From Ostrea edulis (lineage: Eukaryota): 64,000 bases of DNA. The notes below the pieces were generated by a model, which saw nothing but the letters and a program-made list of their open reading frames with translations, was not told the DNA's origin and made no database searches. The stretch lies in the NCBI RefSeq assembly GCF_947568905.1, contig NC_079170.1:36022001-36086000 (forward strand). Direction: 5' to 3'. The stretch's first letter is position 1. Each line of letters opens with the position of its first letter. Positions 32,277 through 45,720 of the stretch are shown here, piece after piece. The position numbers and the translations under genes were made by a program.

Positions 32277-34070
32277 ATGAAGACCCTAATTCTGTCAATG
32301 CTGGTGGGTGTCTGCTTTGCTGGTCTCGTGGTGAGTGTTTCTATTTTCTCCAAAGTGGTATTATCAAGACGGCTCAACATAGGTTAAGCAAAATTGGTAA
32401 ATTATTTATGTTTTCCCAGAATGTCGACAGAAACAAATTTAATAAAACATTTCTTTATGTTCTTATTTATCAAAACCTAGTGAGGAAAAAAATTCACAGG
32501 AACTTGTTGATAATCTTTTTCCATATATAATCGTGACGGAATATTTCCCCTCGTAAAAACTCTATCAACAAGGAAAACACAATCACCCCTTCTTCGTCTC
32601 CATCATTTCTACCCTTTCACTAAGTATGATGTTGCTTTTATCAATCTGTACTTAATTTCTTTCTAATTCATTTTTACTTGATGTGGAATACATGTATCTT
32701 TTTTTCTTGTCGATGAAATATTTTGTAATTCTGTTAATGAATGAATAATGATTGATACAAGTTTTAAAACCGTTATGATTTCTGTATGAAAACGCCCGTT
32801 TTTCCTGGCCTTTGTACTTTAGTTTTATGTTAGATTGTCTCTGGTTTTATTATCTATTTCTTGTATGTCAGGAGATTTGTTTCCGTAGGTCGTGAGTTCA
32901 ACCCCGGGTAAGGGCAAAAGTGGGCATCCATTTCTTTTTTAAGATACATGTATATCTGTGCTTTATGTTACTTAGGATATTTATGTCTACGTAATAGTTT
33001 ATAAGTTTTATGAAGCAAATGTAAAATCAAGCAATTTAGGAAGATATGTTTATTTTGTATTAATTGCTTTAAATCGAGATGTTTCCCTCAGTTTACGTTA
33101 CGAATGTGATATACCATGTGCTTGTAAAAGTCATAGTTTATCCAGGGGGTGATATGTCCCACGTGATTGGGACAAACACAAGCTTCTTTTTAGGAACGCG
33201 ATACTCTAGACGCTTTGAAACAACTTCATCTCACCAACTTCATGACCACTTTGACAACAGACCAACAGCTCTTATTGATTGACATAGTAGCCCAGGCAGA
33301 CGCCGGAACTCTGACGGACTTCACAAACACGATCGGGTATTCCAGGATACTAGAAATCTTTATCGGTGGGTAATGTTTTCACAATGTATCCAGGCAGGTG
33401 CTTTCTATATCATAACATTGAAAACTATCGTTATCATCATCAATGTCTTAAAAGAAAATGATTTCTCAGTCTTTTCGTTAATTTAGATCCCAGATGTACA
33501 TGTATTAAGCGTGATCCGTTGTAGACATGTTTTATGTCCGTTTTATCAAAATCACATTTACAGCCCTAAGTGCTGACGATGAAAGAATCTTCAAGAATTA
33601 TATTATACAGGTAAGTTCTCAGATCACCTTTGATTCAGATAATTATTGTGATTATGGGATCACATACATACTAAACTTTGTGATATTGATTATGGGATTA
33701 CACACATAACATTGTATATTAATTATGGGATTAAACACATAACACTGTGATATTGACTATGGGATTAGACACATAACATTGTGATATTGATTATGGGATC
33801 ACATACATACTAAACATTGGGATATTTCTTTTGATTGTGGGATTACACAAGTACATACCACTATGCTATTTCTTTTGACCAGAAAAAAGAAATAAATATA
33901 CAATTTGTCGTATCCCTTACACTTTCATCCTTCACATTTTGTCGACACAGATTCTACAGTTATTTGTCTAGAATATACTAATTATATTACACTGGTTTCA
34001 GCGATTAACATTAGAGGCACAGGGTCCAATAAATGCACATCATGGTGTCGCTACAGGACACGGAAAATGA
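32277..34070 (+). CDS. Gene B: 113-aa secreted paralog of gene A with one helical domain
   Basis: Exons 32277-32330 (MKTLILSMLVGVCFAGLV, GTGAGT), 33194-33365 (ERDTLDALKQ...LTTDQQLLLIDIVAQADAGTLTDFTNTIGYSRILEIFI, phase 1), 33564-33610 (47 nt, ALSADDERIFKNYIIQ, GTAAGT), 34002-34070 (RLTLEAQGPINAHHGVATGHGK*). Exons 2-3 are missed by the ORF track. Confidence 0.85.
33640..33860. repeat. Degenerate ~33-nt minisatellite in a gene B intron
   Basis: tgtgatattgattatgggattacacacataaca x~7. Confidence 0.8.
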
Positions 34071-34076
34071 ACGTAC

Positions 34077-34113
<37 letters not shown>

Positions 34114-34583
34114 GTTTTCTCTCATTCTCTCTCTGTTTACAATGATACACCCGTAACATGACATTTATTTTCTATATTCCAGATCGCCAAGCAATCAAAA
34201 TTGTTATACTTAGTTTATGGATGCAACATGTAAATTAAAAATTCAATATTGTAGAGGTTTGTTCTGAATTGATTGAGACTTTCAAATATGAAGTTCACCT
34301 ATATGCCGATTATCTCTAATGAAAGCTAATTTAAAAGTGATATTCATCGACCATGATTGCAACGTTAACATAGCTTTATTTTTACTCGTTTATTCTTATG
34401 AAAGTATATAACATACAGAAGAATATAATATGAACGTTTGTCAAGTTGAACATTTTTACTGCATTAGTGTTGTGTAACAACCAAACAAATGTCACTGAAT
34501 TTTGTGCCGGAGTCTTTGATATCAAACGTTACTTCAACTTGTATATTTCCACTGCTTTATCTCACGAGACCGCACAAATACAC

Positions 34584-35320
34584 TTACTTCCCAATTCCAA
34601 GAAAATAAAACATCGGATCAATCGCCACCGTGTTAAATCTATACCCTGCATCCGGAACGGTATTGTAAATCTGGAAGTTTCGTCGCCTCCAAGTTCTCCT
34701 CCCACGCATTGGGATCAAAGCTAGTAGTGGTTCTTTTTCATTGCCCTCCTCACTATTGTGTGCATTCCATGGGCTGTTTAGAGTCTTGCGTAACAAAAAG
34801 TTAGGTAGGGAGTCTCGAAAGGTCTTGGTTACATCGCTGGGCAATCCTTTCTGTGTTTGTCTTGCATATTCCTCATAAGGCACCAGGGTATTCGCAGAAC
34901 CCGAAGGGTCATTCTTCCCGTGTTGTATTGTTAACACTAAATTTCGATGATTGTGTCCCTCCTCGTCTTTATTGGCTTCTTTTTGTTTTAGTGGAGAACA
35001 GGTCGCTGTTAGTGTAAAATTTAATTTAATATTTTCTCTATGCATCAGATGATAAAAATTTGTAAATTGAATTTTAAGGCTAAACGTGTTTCGTGTTTAT
35101 TTGAGACAAAGTTTGTCGTAGAACATACCAGGCATCTACATTTTAGATGAAGGTGCAGTACAACTGTGATAAATATTTTGTAGCAGTTTCCGTTAACACC
35201 CACAGTGTAACAATAAATATACGCCACTGCTTTAAATTCATTTTCATACAACTGTTCATTCTAATACTTACCGAAGATGGAGAGCAGCATCACAGATACT
35301 AACTTCAGAAACCAGACCAT
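34584..35320 (-). CDS. Gene C: signal-peptide prohormone/neuropeptide-precursor-like protein, ~156 aa; family not recognised
   Basis: Exon 35320-35272 (MVWFLKLVSVMLLSIF, phase-1 GTAAGT) joins exon 35005-34584 (acceptor ctaacag): ATCS-PLKQKE...EPLLALIPMRGRRTWRRRNFQIYNTVPDAGYRFNTVAIDPMFYFLGIGK*. The stop overlaps a GTAAGT, so a further exon is possible. Confidence 0.8.
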
Positions 35321-36439
35321 TCCTGAAATCATTTCAATAGATTATAGCAAAACGATGAAGTGTACATGTTCGGAAAATCAAATTATGCAAGAAAAGTCCA
35401 CACCTTTATTTCAATATCTCAAACAGCCATTATTTAAACGAAAAAATTAATCATATTTATAGATATCTAGATAATAAGAATCAAATTAAAACGTAGTATC
35501 TGCATTTTCGGAATTGGAGAAAAAAATCTATACTGAGAATGGTAATTTAACAAGTGACATTTGAATCCAATGTTTTTTATTAAGTTGGGTGAGGCACCCG
35601 GTGGAAACACTCTCTTGGGGATTTGAAAACATAAGGTCAATTCTTGTATCACGACAAGAGTCAATCAAACTGAAGGTTGTTTGTCCTATTTCTAACTTAC
35701 GAATATCAATTAGAATGAATTGCAAAATTCAGCAGCACTAAATAAATTACTGTAAAGATCTTTTAGTTATCCGTAGTATGTGATCATCGTTTGTTCGAAT
35801 TTAACACGATAATGGAAAATAAAACTGTATTTCATGAAATTTTCACGATAGTTCTCATGATTGACAACACGATACTCAATGCTGGGATGGATCTAGGATT
35901 ATTGGCGAGGGTGTTAAAGGGAGATGTGAATCCATGTCTTAGTTTGTGACACTCCCACGTACGAAAATAGATGATTTTATAGAAATGCTATCTTCGGGGG
36001 AAGGGGGGGGGCTCTTATATGACAGCTTGCATCGTAAGATCTTTTCTATTTCCACCAACCCTATTTAAATCATCGCTTCATCTCAACGGTAACACTGAAA
36101 TTTATAACTTACATCTAGTAAAAAACACATTTATTGCCGTTCAATTAGTTACTATACTGAATAGTCTGCATATTACATATTAATGAGTAGTCTATGTCTT
36201 ATAGCATATCATTGATCTGGATTCATGACACTTGTATTCATTAGATAGCCTAATAAGTAAAACGAGAGCCCGTTTTGGTTTGTATCAGTATAGAAGGATC
36301 ACGATGGGCGTTACCAGTGAAAAGGAAAGACACCAGCAGACATGCTATCGAAACCGAATTCAAGACTAAGACATATCTTACCATTAACTAAAGAGAGTTC
36401 ATCCTCTTTAATAGTGAATTCATCGAATCTGTCATAACT

Positions 36440-36965
36440 TAAGATGAATAGGCGAAGATAACGTAAAGTGATCAATCTCATAACTCTTATCAAAGGAAAT
36501 CAAAATTGAGTGTTGGGTAAACACTGACCCCTGGACATATCAGAGGTGGGATCAGGTGCATCGGAGGAGTAAATAGCCCCTGTCGACCGATCACATCCGC
36601 CACGAGCCCTACATCTTGATCAGGTACACGGAGTAATCTGTAGTCAAATCAGTGTGTGAGGAACGGCCCAACAATTGATACCAAACACGTCAGATAACAT
36701 TTGACCCAATTGCAGGTTGTATTGGCAAACTAAAGCCTTAAAACGACAATACAATTACATTCTGACTCTGAACGTGACTGTTGAAACCACCATAACCACA
36801 GCCTGTTTGTCAGTAGCCTTCCTCGGTATAAAAAGTGATCATATATAGAACAAGCTCTTGCGTATCGAATCAGTTGAGAGACATCAACACCACGCACAGG
36901 TGATGATGCTACATAAATGTTGAAAGTTGACGATGGAGAAGCTGCAGTCATCCCGTTTGTCATAA
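36440..36965 (-). mobile_element. Penelope-like 3' fragment with RT-thumb remnant
   Basis: SQLIRYARACSIYDHFLYRGRLLTNRL in ORF 36730-36963, plus the family 3' UTR. Confidence 0.85.
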
Positions 36966-37584
36966 CATTAAGTTGCTAATTAGTTGTTATCTTAGGATTT
37001 CTCCTAAAGTTAAGACATGTCAAGACCCGTCTTTAAGATGAACTTAGAAGGTAATTAATTCTGTTTATACTTGAATATGTCAGTGTTATAATTATCCTAA
37101 TTCAATTACATTCAAAGAATAAATGAAAATAAGAAAGGTAAACAGCGCTAGATTTTCATACTCTCTAGGTAAAAGAAATAAGCATTTGCTATATATTACA
37201 TACGTATATAAAATCTATGTATCGAACCCGATGTTTATCTATCTAACCTTGGGGTGTCATATACACGCTAAACTTTTCCAATATGCATAATATTTCATTT
37301 TATTTGTTATACTTTTTAAGATAAGGGTGCATCATTGATTGAAATTCATGAAACAATTAAATTTGTGATATCGATTACTTGCTATATGATTATATAATTA
37401 TAGACTATGATTTATTTTAATTCTTAAAAAAAAAACTATCTTAAGAATCTTCCAAGTCTATCGTAGTAAGGGTAACCTCAAGAGAGCCTTTATATCAACC
37501 TTAAGGTTTGTCCATTCCCAGTATCGTTCTAAGAGTTTTCTTATGTCAAATTTTCTTTAGACACTTTCGAAATCATGCCTGCTG

Positions 37585-38105
37585 ATATCACCTGTGGTAT
37601 TTCTGGGGGTCCGTGTTTGCCTTGCTATCAATTATGTATTCTTTATGAAAAGTGAAGATAACAAACAAAGATCAATCTCACCAATCCCATGAAGAAAATA
37701 CAATTAAGAGAAGGACAAACACGGATATCTGGACATACCAGAGGTGGGATAAGGGGCCCGGTTTACAAAACAGTTTTCGACAGCGTCGCAAGTCTTGATA
37801 GATAGATAGATTTGACATCAAAATGATACGATCTCAAGCAATCTGATGAATGTATTTATTTCTTCACTGTCAGTTATCGCAAACATTGTAGCCCATCCCG
37901 ATAATCCACACAAAAGGATAAAGAGTACACTGGTATGTTGAAACACACATCAGGCACTCAGATGTATGGCTCACGGCGGGTGTGACCGGTCAACATGGGG
38001 CGCCCGATTCCACCTCTGGTATGTCTAGGGGTCCATCTTTGCCAAACTCTTTATGTCGTATTCTTTAAGGGATTTATGAGATTGATCACTGTTCGTTATC
38101 TTCAC
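37585..38105. mobile_element. Three short Penelope-like 3' ends (tail-to-tail pair 37585-37750; plus-strand copy 37965-38105)
   Basis: Family 3' motifs in both orientations. Confidence 0.75.
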
Positions 38106-39601
38106 TCGATCATTTACAGAATAAGTCTAACATCATGATATGAAACTAATTGAACACATTGGCAGCCTATTTTTTGTATCCCCGTTCAAGTATTAATGCG
38201 ATAATCAATTACTATTATCAACCGATATGCGTAAAGACTACATTTCGCAATATATGATTGCCAAATGGCGAAAATTGAACGATTGCGTGATGATTCATCA
38301 GCGGAAATTACGTTGCAATGTTGGAATTTAATGCTGAATTTGTTGATCAAATAATTCATCTCAAGATTACAATGATACAAGTCCCAAACCTCGAGGGGTA
38401 GGAAAGAGATATTGATAAAGCTTCAGAATTGCTCTATATTTCCCATATGCTTGCACAGGAAATTGTACACAAATTGAAATCGTGATTCTGCTATGAGACC
38501 CAATTTATGATTCTTACCTTAGAAAACATCGACTCTGTCTGATGTTCCCGAGATGATTATTTCACCTTTTAGTGAAACATTTACATTTATTTAGTTTTAT
38601 ATTTTGATGAATTGAAACAGGTTTAAAGTGACATTTCTGTTGTATAATTGTCACTTAGTGTGAATAAATACCGATTCTGGTAATACAGTTGGAGAGGTTT
38701 TCTAAGTTGCTAGAACTTGTAACCAATCCCTTTATATATTTATACAATAAAATATGTTCAAATAAAATTATAAAAAAAACTAGTTGAATGGTGGCATCAA
38801 TTGAATTATTATAATTTATAAGCGACAAACATAGCCCCCCCCCCCCCCTCCCTCATAGATAACTTAAGTATGAAATCGTACACGTTTTTATTTCAAGTGT
38901 TACAATAGTTTATTTAGTACATAGTAAATGGAATTATCGATATATCTTATTGGTCAGATTGATACTTTTATAGTAAGTAAACATATTTCAGGTTCCTCGT
39001 CATAATTTTCTAGTTTCGTTATTCAAAGTATCAACATATTTACTATAGTAATTAGAAAATAAAATTCTCTGATACACTGCAGTTCATTCTAGTAATGTTT
39101 GTTAAAAGCATCAAAACATAACATACTTTAGAGATTTTTTAAAAGCAACTTAAGTGGAAAGGGCGAAATGAACGCAATGTTTCAAATATTCCTTAATGGC
39201 AGCAAAATCCTCCAATTGTCATCGCAATGATAGTGTGAGTAATGAAGTGGATTAAGAACCATATGGTAGTCCCTGTTGGTTTGCGTTATAGGTCACAAGG
39301 AGTGCCTTACATTGTATTGTAGATTAGCTCAGACGTTCAGCAGACAAAATACACAGTAGCTGACCACATTTAGTTCTCTGTGGTAAATGCCCCGGGGTTC
39401 CCAAATTCTCGTTATTTAAGCATCACTCACGAATTAATATTCATAGTTTCAGTTAAGAAATAAAATTGCGTATTTAAATTTGTAACACTGTAAATATGGA
39501 AATTTATGCGTGGGGTTATTTACGTTAAATGCGAATTAAAAGGTTTTCGTGTAACTTACCCATACACGTACACAAACTGTTCCCGTACTTAGGTAATCTA
39601 C

Positions 39602-39839
39602 TTAATGATACTGACATAGCCTAAAGCGTGTAGATTGCTAGGGACATGCACGAAATTAACAAACCGCAGATATACTCACGTTAATGATACTGACATAGCC
39701 CGAAGCGTGTAGATTGCTAGGGAAATACACGAAATTAACAAACCGCAGATATACTCACGTTAATGATACTGACATAGCCCAAAGCGTGTAGATTGCTAGG
39801 GAAATACACGAAATTAACAACCCACAGATATACTCACGT
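39602..39839. repeat. 79-nt unit x3
   Basis: gttaatgatactgacatagcccgaagcgtgtagattgctagggaaatacacgaaattaacaaaccgcagatatactcac; period checked at 39602, 39681 and 39760. Confidence 0.92.
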
Positions 39840-39989
39840 TTCCAGTACCAGGCTCATGGTTTTTCATCAAAATGACTGAGGATTTTGTTATAACGACTAG
39901 TTATTTCGTTGTAACTCGATACCGCTGTAAGTATATCATTATAACGAGAAATTATGTCGTTACAGCGAGCTAACCCTAATCATTTATAA

Positions 39990-40170
39990 ATGAAAGGTGG
40001 AGATAATGAACAGTGATCAATCTCATAACTCCTGTAAGCTATTCAAAATAGAGAGTTTGGCAAACATGGACCCATCGATACACCAGGAGTGGGATCAAGT
40101 GCCAAGGATGAGTAAGTATCTCCTGTCGAGCGGTCACACAATATCTTGATCAGGTAAACGGAGTAATCCC
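39990..40170 (-). mobile_element. Penelope-like 3' fragment
   Basis: gataatgaacagtgatcaatctcataactcc...tcttgatcaggtaaacggagtaatcc. Confidence 0.8.
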
Positions 40171-40270
40171 AAATATCCAGAACACAATCAGTTCATTATT
40201 TATTTGTGCAATCGTGTTGAAACTAGAATGATTGATAAGGTTATAAGTGCTTCTCTGTCGTACCCGAATA

Positions 40271-41418
40271 CACTAACTCACAATCAGAAAACACGAACTT
40301 GTTGAAAGAAAACACTAACTCGTTATAAAGAAACTAACTTGTTTATCAGAATACACTAATTCTTTATAAGGACACACTAACTCGATAAAAAGAAACACTA
40401 ACTCGATATCAAGACACATTAACTCGTTAAAAAGAAACACTAACTCGTTATAAAGAAACACTAACTTGTTCTCAGGAAACACTAACTTATTCTCAGGAAA
40501 TACTAACTCGATATAAAGAAACACTAACTCGTTATAAAGAAACACTAACTCGTTATAAAGAAACGCTAATTTGTTGTAAAGAAACACTAACTCGTTATAA
40601 AAAAAACACTAGCTCGTTCTCAGAAAACACTAACTCGTTATAAAGAAACGCTAACTCGTTCTAAGGAAACACTAACTCGATATCAAGACACATTAACTCG
40701 CTATAAAAGAAACACTAACTTGTTATAAAAGAAACATTAACTCGATATAAAGAAACACTAACTTGTTATAAAGAAACACTAACTTGTTTATCAGAAAATA
40801 CTAACTTTTTATAATGACACACTAACTCGTTAAAAAAACACTTACTCGTTATAAAGAAATACTAACTCGTTATAAAGAAACGCTAACTCATAATCAGAAA
40901 ACACTAAGTCGTTCTCAGAAAACACTAACTAATTCTCAGAAAACACTAACCGTTATAAGGAAATACTAACTCGCTATAAGGAAATACTAGCTCATTATAA
41001 GGAAACACCGACTCGCTATAAGGAAGTACTAAATCGCTATACGGAAACACTAACTCGCTATAAGGAAATACTAAATCGCTATAACGAAATACTAACTCGT
41101 TATAAGGAAATACTATCTCATTATAAAAAAACACTAAATCGCTATAACGAAATACTAATTCTTTATAAGGAAATACTAGCTCATTCTAAGGAAACACCAA
41201 CTTGCTATAAGGAAACACTAATTCGCTATAAGGAAACACTAATTCGCTATAAGGAAACACTAAATCGCTATAAGGAAACACTAATCGCTATAAGGAAACA
41301 CTAAATGGCTATAAGGAAAAACCAACTCGCTATAAGGTAACACTAACTCGCTATAAGGAAACACTAAATCGCTATAAGGAAACACTAATCTATACAAGAA
41401 AACACTAAATCGCTATAC
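40271..41418. repeat. Degenerate 21-nt minisatellite, ~54 units in two sub-domains
   Basis: cactaactcgttataaagaaa shifting to cactaaatcgctataaggaaa after ~40950; explains the ELVFLYN/ELVFPYS ORFs. Confidence 0.9.
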
Positions 41419-42354
41419 TGCGATGTTGTTTTAATGAGTTGATACAGTGTACACCTTTATGACCGGCACAGCGTCTTGAGATTAAAGATAATTTAGTTGT
41501 TACTCGAAAGATTAAATCGTTTGTATATCATAACGGGATAACAGAGCAGTTATTGTGTTTTATGTGATGATAACTCGTAATAACGAGATAACCAAGTCGT
41601 TATTGTGTGTTAATGACTCGTTAAAAGGAGATAATCAAGTCATTGAAACGAGACACTTTGTTGCTAAAATGGAATTTTAGTACAGAATAGCTAAATCCCT
41701 TTCTCGTTTTTACGATATACTCAACTCGTGTTACGCGATCATTTATATATTCTTTAATTTCGTTTAGCTTAATGTGATAGAAGGTTGAAGCGAAAAAATC
41801 ATACGTTTCCCAATATTTTTTTTTGAATCGCTTGTGTTTGAAGATACAAACACGTTATGGAATTGTTTCTCACGATATCCAGGTACATATCCTATTTCTT
41901 GCTAATCACACTTCTCCATCACAGAACAGCTCAATTTTTGTAATTACGTATTGCGCAATAAAGTCATCCAAAGTAGGTGGCTTAGGTGTATGGAAGTACT
42001 TATTAAAAATTGCTAATCAACGCCCAACATTAATTTAAAAACAAGCCATGAATATTTTAGAAATGTCAAATATTTTAAATTCTGAAGAATTCACGCAAAG
42101 TTTCTTTTTGAAAAACAAAGTAGCAATGAATACTTTATAAAACTAAAATCATCAGGGAATATATCTTTTCTTTTCATTTGAAGTTGTAATGGAAACTTTC
42201 ATTTCAAAGTACAACGTTTTAACAAAAGGTTAGATTTCGAAATTATGAGAGGTAAATATTCAGCTTGAAAGAAAAATCAGTATTGCTTTTAAGATTTTTA
42301 CAGGTTTCAACATCTAGTTTAAAGTCAGCATTTTGCACATTCTGTGGTGGTTAT

Positions 42355-45300
42355 AATGGTCTAGTCTGCCAATACAACCTAGCATTGGGTCAAATGCTGT
42401 CTGATATGTTGCACACCGATTGTTAGGCTCTTCTTGACACACTTTTTTGACTACGTATGACTCCGTTTACCTGATCATTACATAGGTCTCACAGCGGATC
42501 TGACTGGTCAACAGAGGATGCTTATTCCTCCTAGGCACCTGATCGAACCTCTCGTATATCCAGGGGTCCGTGTTTGCCCAAATCTCTTATTTTGTATTTA
42601 TTATAGGAGTTATGAGATTGATCTGTTTGTTATTTTTTCCTTCCAAAAATGAATCATCATATTTTCTTTTATCATAATGACTCATTTTAATTCAAAATGT
42701 TTTAATAGTTTCTCAGAATTCCACAGAAAGAATCCACAATCTATATTGTACTACCGCTCAAATGAAGCTAATAGTAGCGGTTTCTTTGTCGAAAAAGCAT
42801 AGCTTAGTTAGCCTCGAGGAATGGTGGTATAAAGTCCTGAAAAGTAATACGTTTTCATGCTGTTGATTTTGGGAATTTTTCAAATTTATTAAACAAATTA
42901 GAGGTTTTGAGATTCCACATTTGATTGCACCATTTCCCGCATATCTTAGCACAAAAATCGGAAATGCCTCCTCCACAGCCAATAATATTTTCAAGAAGTG
43001 AAGACAGAAGTTTGGTAGAATCTGTACTGGATTATGCAATGTGTCCTGGTGTGTAAGGATCGTTGTGAATCTTTGGAATGCAACATAGGTACGATTACTC
43101 TAATTTATTGAGAGTATGATTTCGATGAAATTCGTATTTTGAAAGGGAAGTCTGATTATAAGTTGGGTTACAAAAATGAAAGATGAAGATAACGAACAGT
43201 GACCAATCTGAAAACTCCCAAAAAGCAATACAAAATAAAAAGTTGGGCAAACACGGACCCTGAATATACCAGATGTGGGATAAGGTGCCTAGGAGGAGTA
43301 AGCATCCCCTGTCGACCAGTCACATTCCACTGTGAGCCTTATATCTTGATCAGGTAAAAGGAGTAATCCGGAGTCAAAATCAGTTTGCCAAAAGCAGCCT
43401 AACAATTATTATGAAACGCACCAGAAAGCATTTGACCCAATGATAGGTTGTACTGGCAAACTAGATCGTTATAACGATAATAGAATTTGCTATATACTGA
43501 CTTTGAATGCGACTGTTGAAACCCCTGTTATATTAACTTGCTTGTGAGTATCCTGCCTCGATTTAAAAAAAACCCTGATAATACGCAGAACAAGCTCAAT
43601 ATTGCGTATTCCATCAGTTGAGGAATAGAAACACCATATACTGGTGATAATGGAATGTTGTCATTTTTAAAATATCTAGCTGTTCAAATCAATTATATTA
43701 CCGCGTTAAATGATTATATATGACATAGGAAAATTAAATTGAGGGTCTAGGTTTGCTCAACTGGAAATATATTTCTACCCACTTTTGGTTTGCATATTAG
43801 AAGGGTAACAAAACTCTGATATATAAAATTGTTAATATGCAGTTATGTTAATTTGACTCTTCAAACCAAAATAAATATTTATTCAGCTTTTCATCAATGC
43901 GTAGATGGAACTTGTAGATTCGTCTAATTATTGCACATTTTACCTGTTAATTATATTCTTGTATGACCTATTGGAATATTTTATGAGAGGGACTTGTGCA
44001 TCGTTAGAACTTGTTCCCGATCCTTTTGATATGATCAATAGAATATGTTCATAGCAAAACAAAACAAAAGTCTTATAATTATAAATGGCAAGATTAAGTG
44101 TTCAGTTTTAAAGATGATATTTACAACAACAAAAAAAGATCGATGGGGTAAAATAAGGAAAAAACAGAGTTACATATTCTTTTCAGCGATGCAGATATCT
44201 ATACATACTGGTATAATTATTGAAAATAATTCTCCTTCTCTCATTCCATATCTCTCACTCCCCGAATATATGCACAAATTGACAAGATGGTTAAAAATGA
44301 ATTCAACTTCTCTGTCATGCACAGCTCTTGTTGATCTGTTAAGTATGACGATGAAATGAAAATCCATATATGAAAGAGTGAGGATAACGAACATTGATCA
44401 ATCTCAAAGATTACCGTAAAGAGTAGTGCAAACATGGATCACATGATACACCAGAGGTGGGATCAGTGCCTAGGAGGAGTAAGCATCCAAAATATGATAC
44501 TCTAAAATATTGTTATTGATATATTTGAAATTAGCAGGTGTGTTAAAACAAAGCGTGAGTTGTGATGCAAGTGATATAATAATTCTCCAAAATGTAGCAG
44601 TTTTCAACCAAAATGATTGTAGTTTTGCCTGTTCATTTATGGATGCTATTTCATTCAATTTATTGTACATTTTACGTAGAAATTGAATGATTAAAGTATC
44701 TATGAAAACCGTGAAGGTAATGAGCAACGATTAATCGCATCAATACACAACTAAGAGTAGGACACACATGGCATGATTTTGACTACGGATAACTCCGTTT
44801 ACCTGATCAGGATATAGGGCTCACGGTGGGTGTGATTGGTCAAAAGGTGATGCTTACTCCTCCTAGGCACTTGATCCCACACCTGGTGTGTCCGTTCGTG
44901 TTTGCCCAACTCTCTATTTTGTATTGCTTGTGGGAGTTATGAGATTGATCACTGTTCGTTATCTTCGTCTTTCATGACACGCACGGGTCCCTCGAAACAC
45001 AAGATACAGAAGACCCCACGTGAGATCAGGTGCCTTGGAGGAATTAGCATTCCCTGTTGACCGGTCACACTCGCCGTGAGCCCTATATCTTGATCAGGTA
45101 AACGGAGTGATCCGTAGTCAAAATCAGTTGACCGGACACATCAGTTATCAGGCTGATCAGATGAAAGTTCTGTTGATTCATCATGGAATTACATTGAAAT
45201 TTATAAGAGCAAAGTACTCGCATAATAAGAAAATCATGCATGAAGGATATAATTTGTAAAACGAGACTTGCATTCAGCCGAGGCATTGATATACCTAGAA

Positions 45301-45720
45301 ATGTTAAGACGCTATACAGAACATATAAACATATGTTTGCGTATCCAATAATCTTGTACTTTTTATTGAGCTTTGCTAGGAAAGAATAGCAAATGGAGTC
45401 CAATGCCACACAGAATACTTATCATTTTATACCGATATCTATATGCAACGGAGTACGAGAGAAGACACATTTCTCTCTTCTTTTGATATGAATTAAGATC
45501 GAATGCTGTCTGACCTGTTTTATACCAACTGCTAGACCTTTCTTTACATACTGATTTTGGCTACGGATTACTCCGTTTATCTGATCAAGATGTAGGACTT
45601 GCAGCAGGTGTGACCGGTCAAGAGAGGATGCTTACTACTCCAGGGATCGGTGTTTGACCATTTCTTAATTTTGTATTCTTTATAGGAGTTATGAGATCAC
45701 TGTTCGTTATCTTCACTTGA
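42355..45720. mobile_element. Cluster of Penelope-like fragments: 42355-42640(+), RT motif 2-3 remnant 42790-43000(-), 43180-43670(-), 44365-44490(-), 44770-44975(+), 45015-45130(-), 45500-45720(+)
   Basis: Family 3' ends; the RT remnant reads NQMWNLK and KTYYFSGLYTTIP (from KTYDFSTLYTTIP). Confidence 0.8.

Noticed and set aside
40315-41134. ORFs with 7-aa repeats (also 4737-4997, 13544-13774, 25122-26835, 52778-52981)
   Set aside because: Translations of minisatellites whose units lack stops in one frame.
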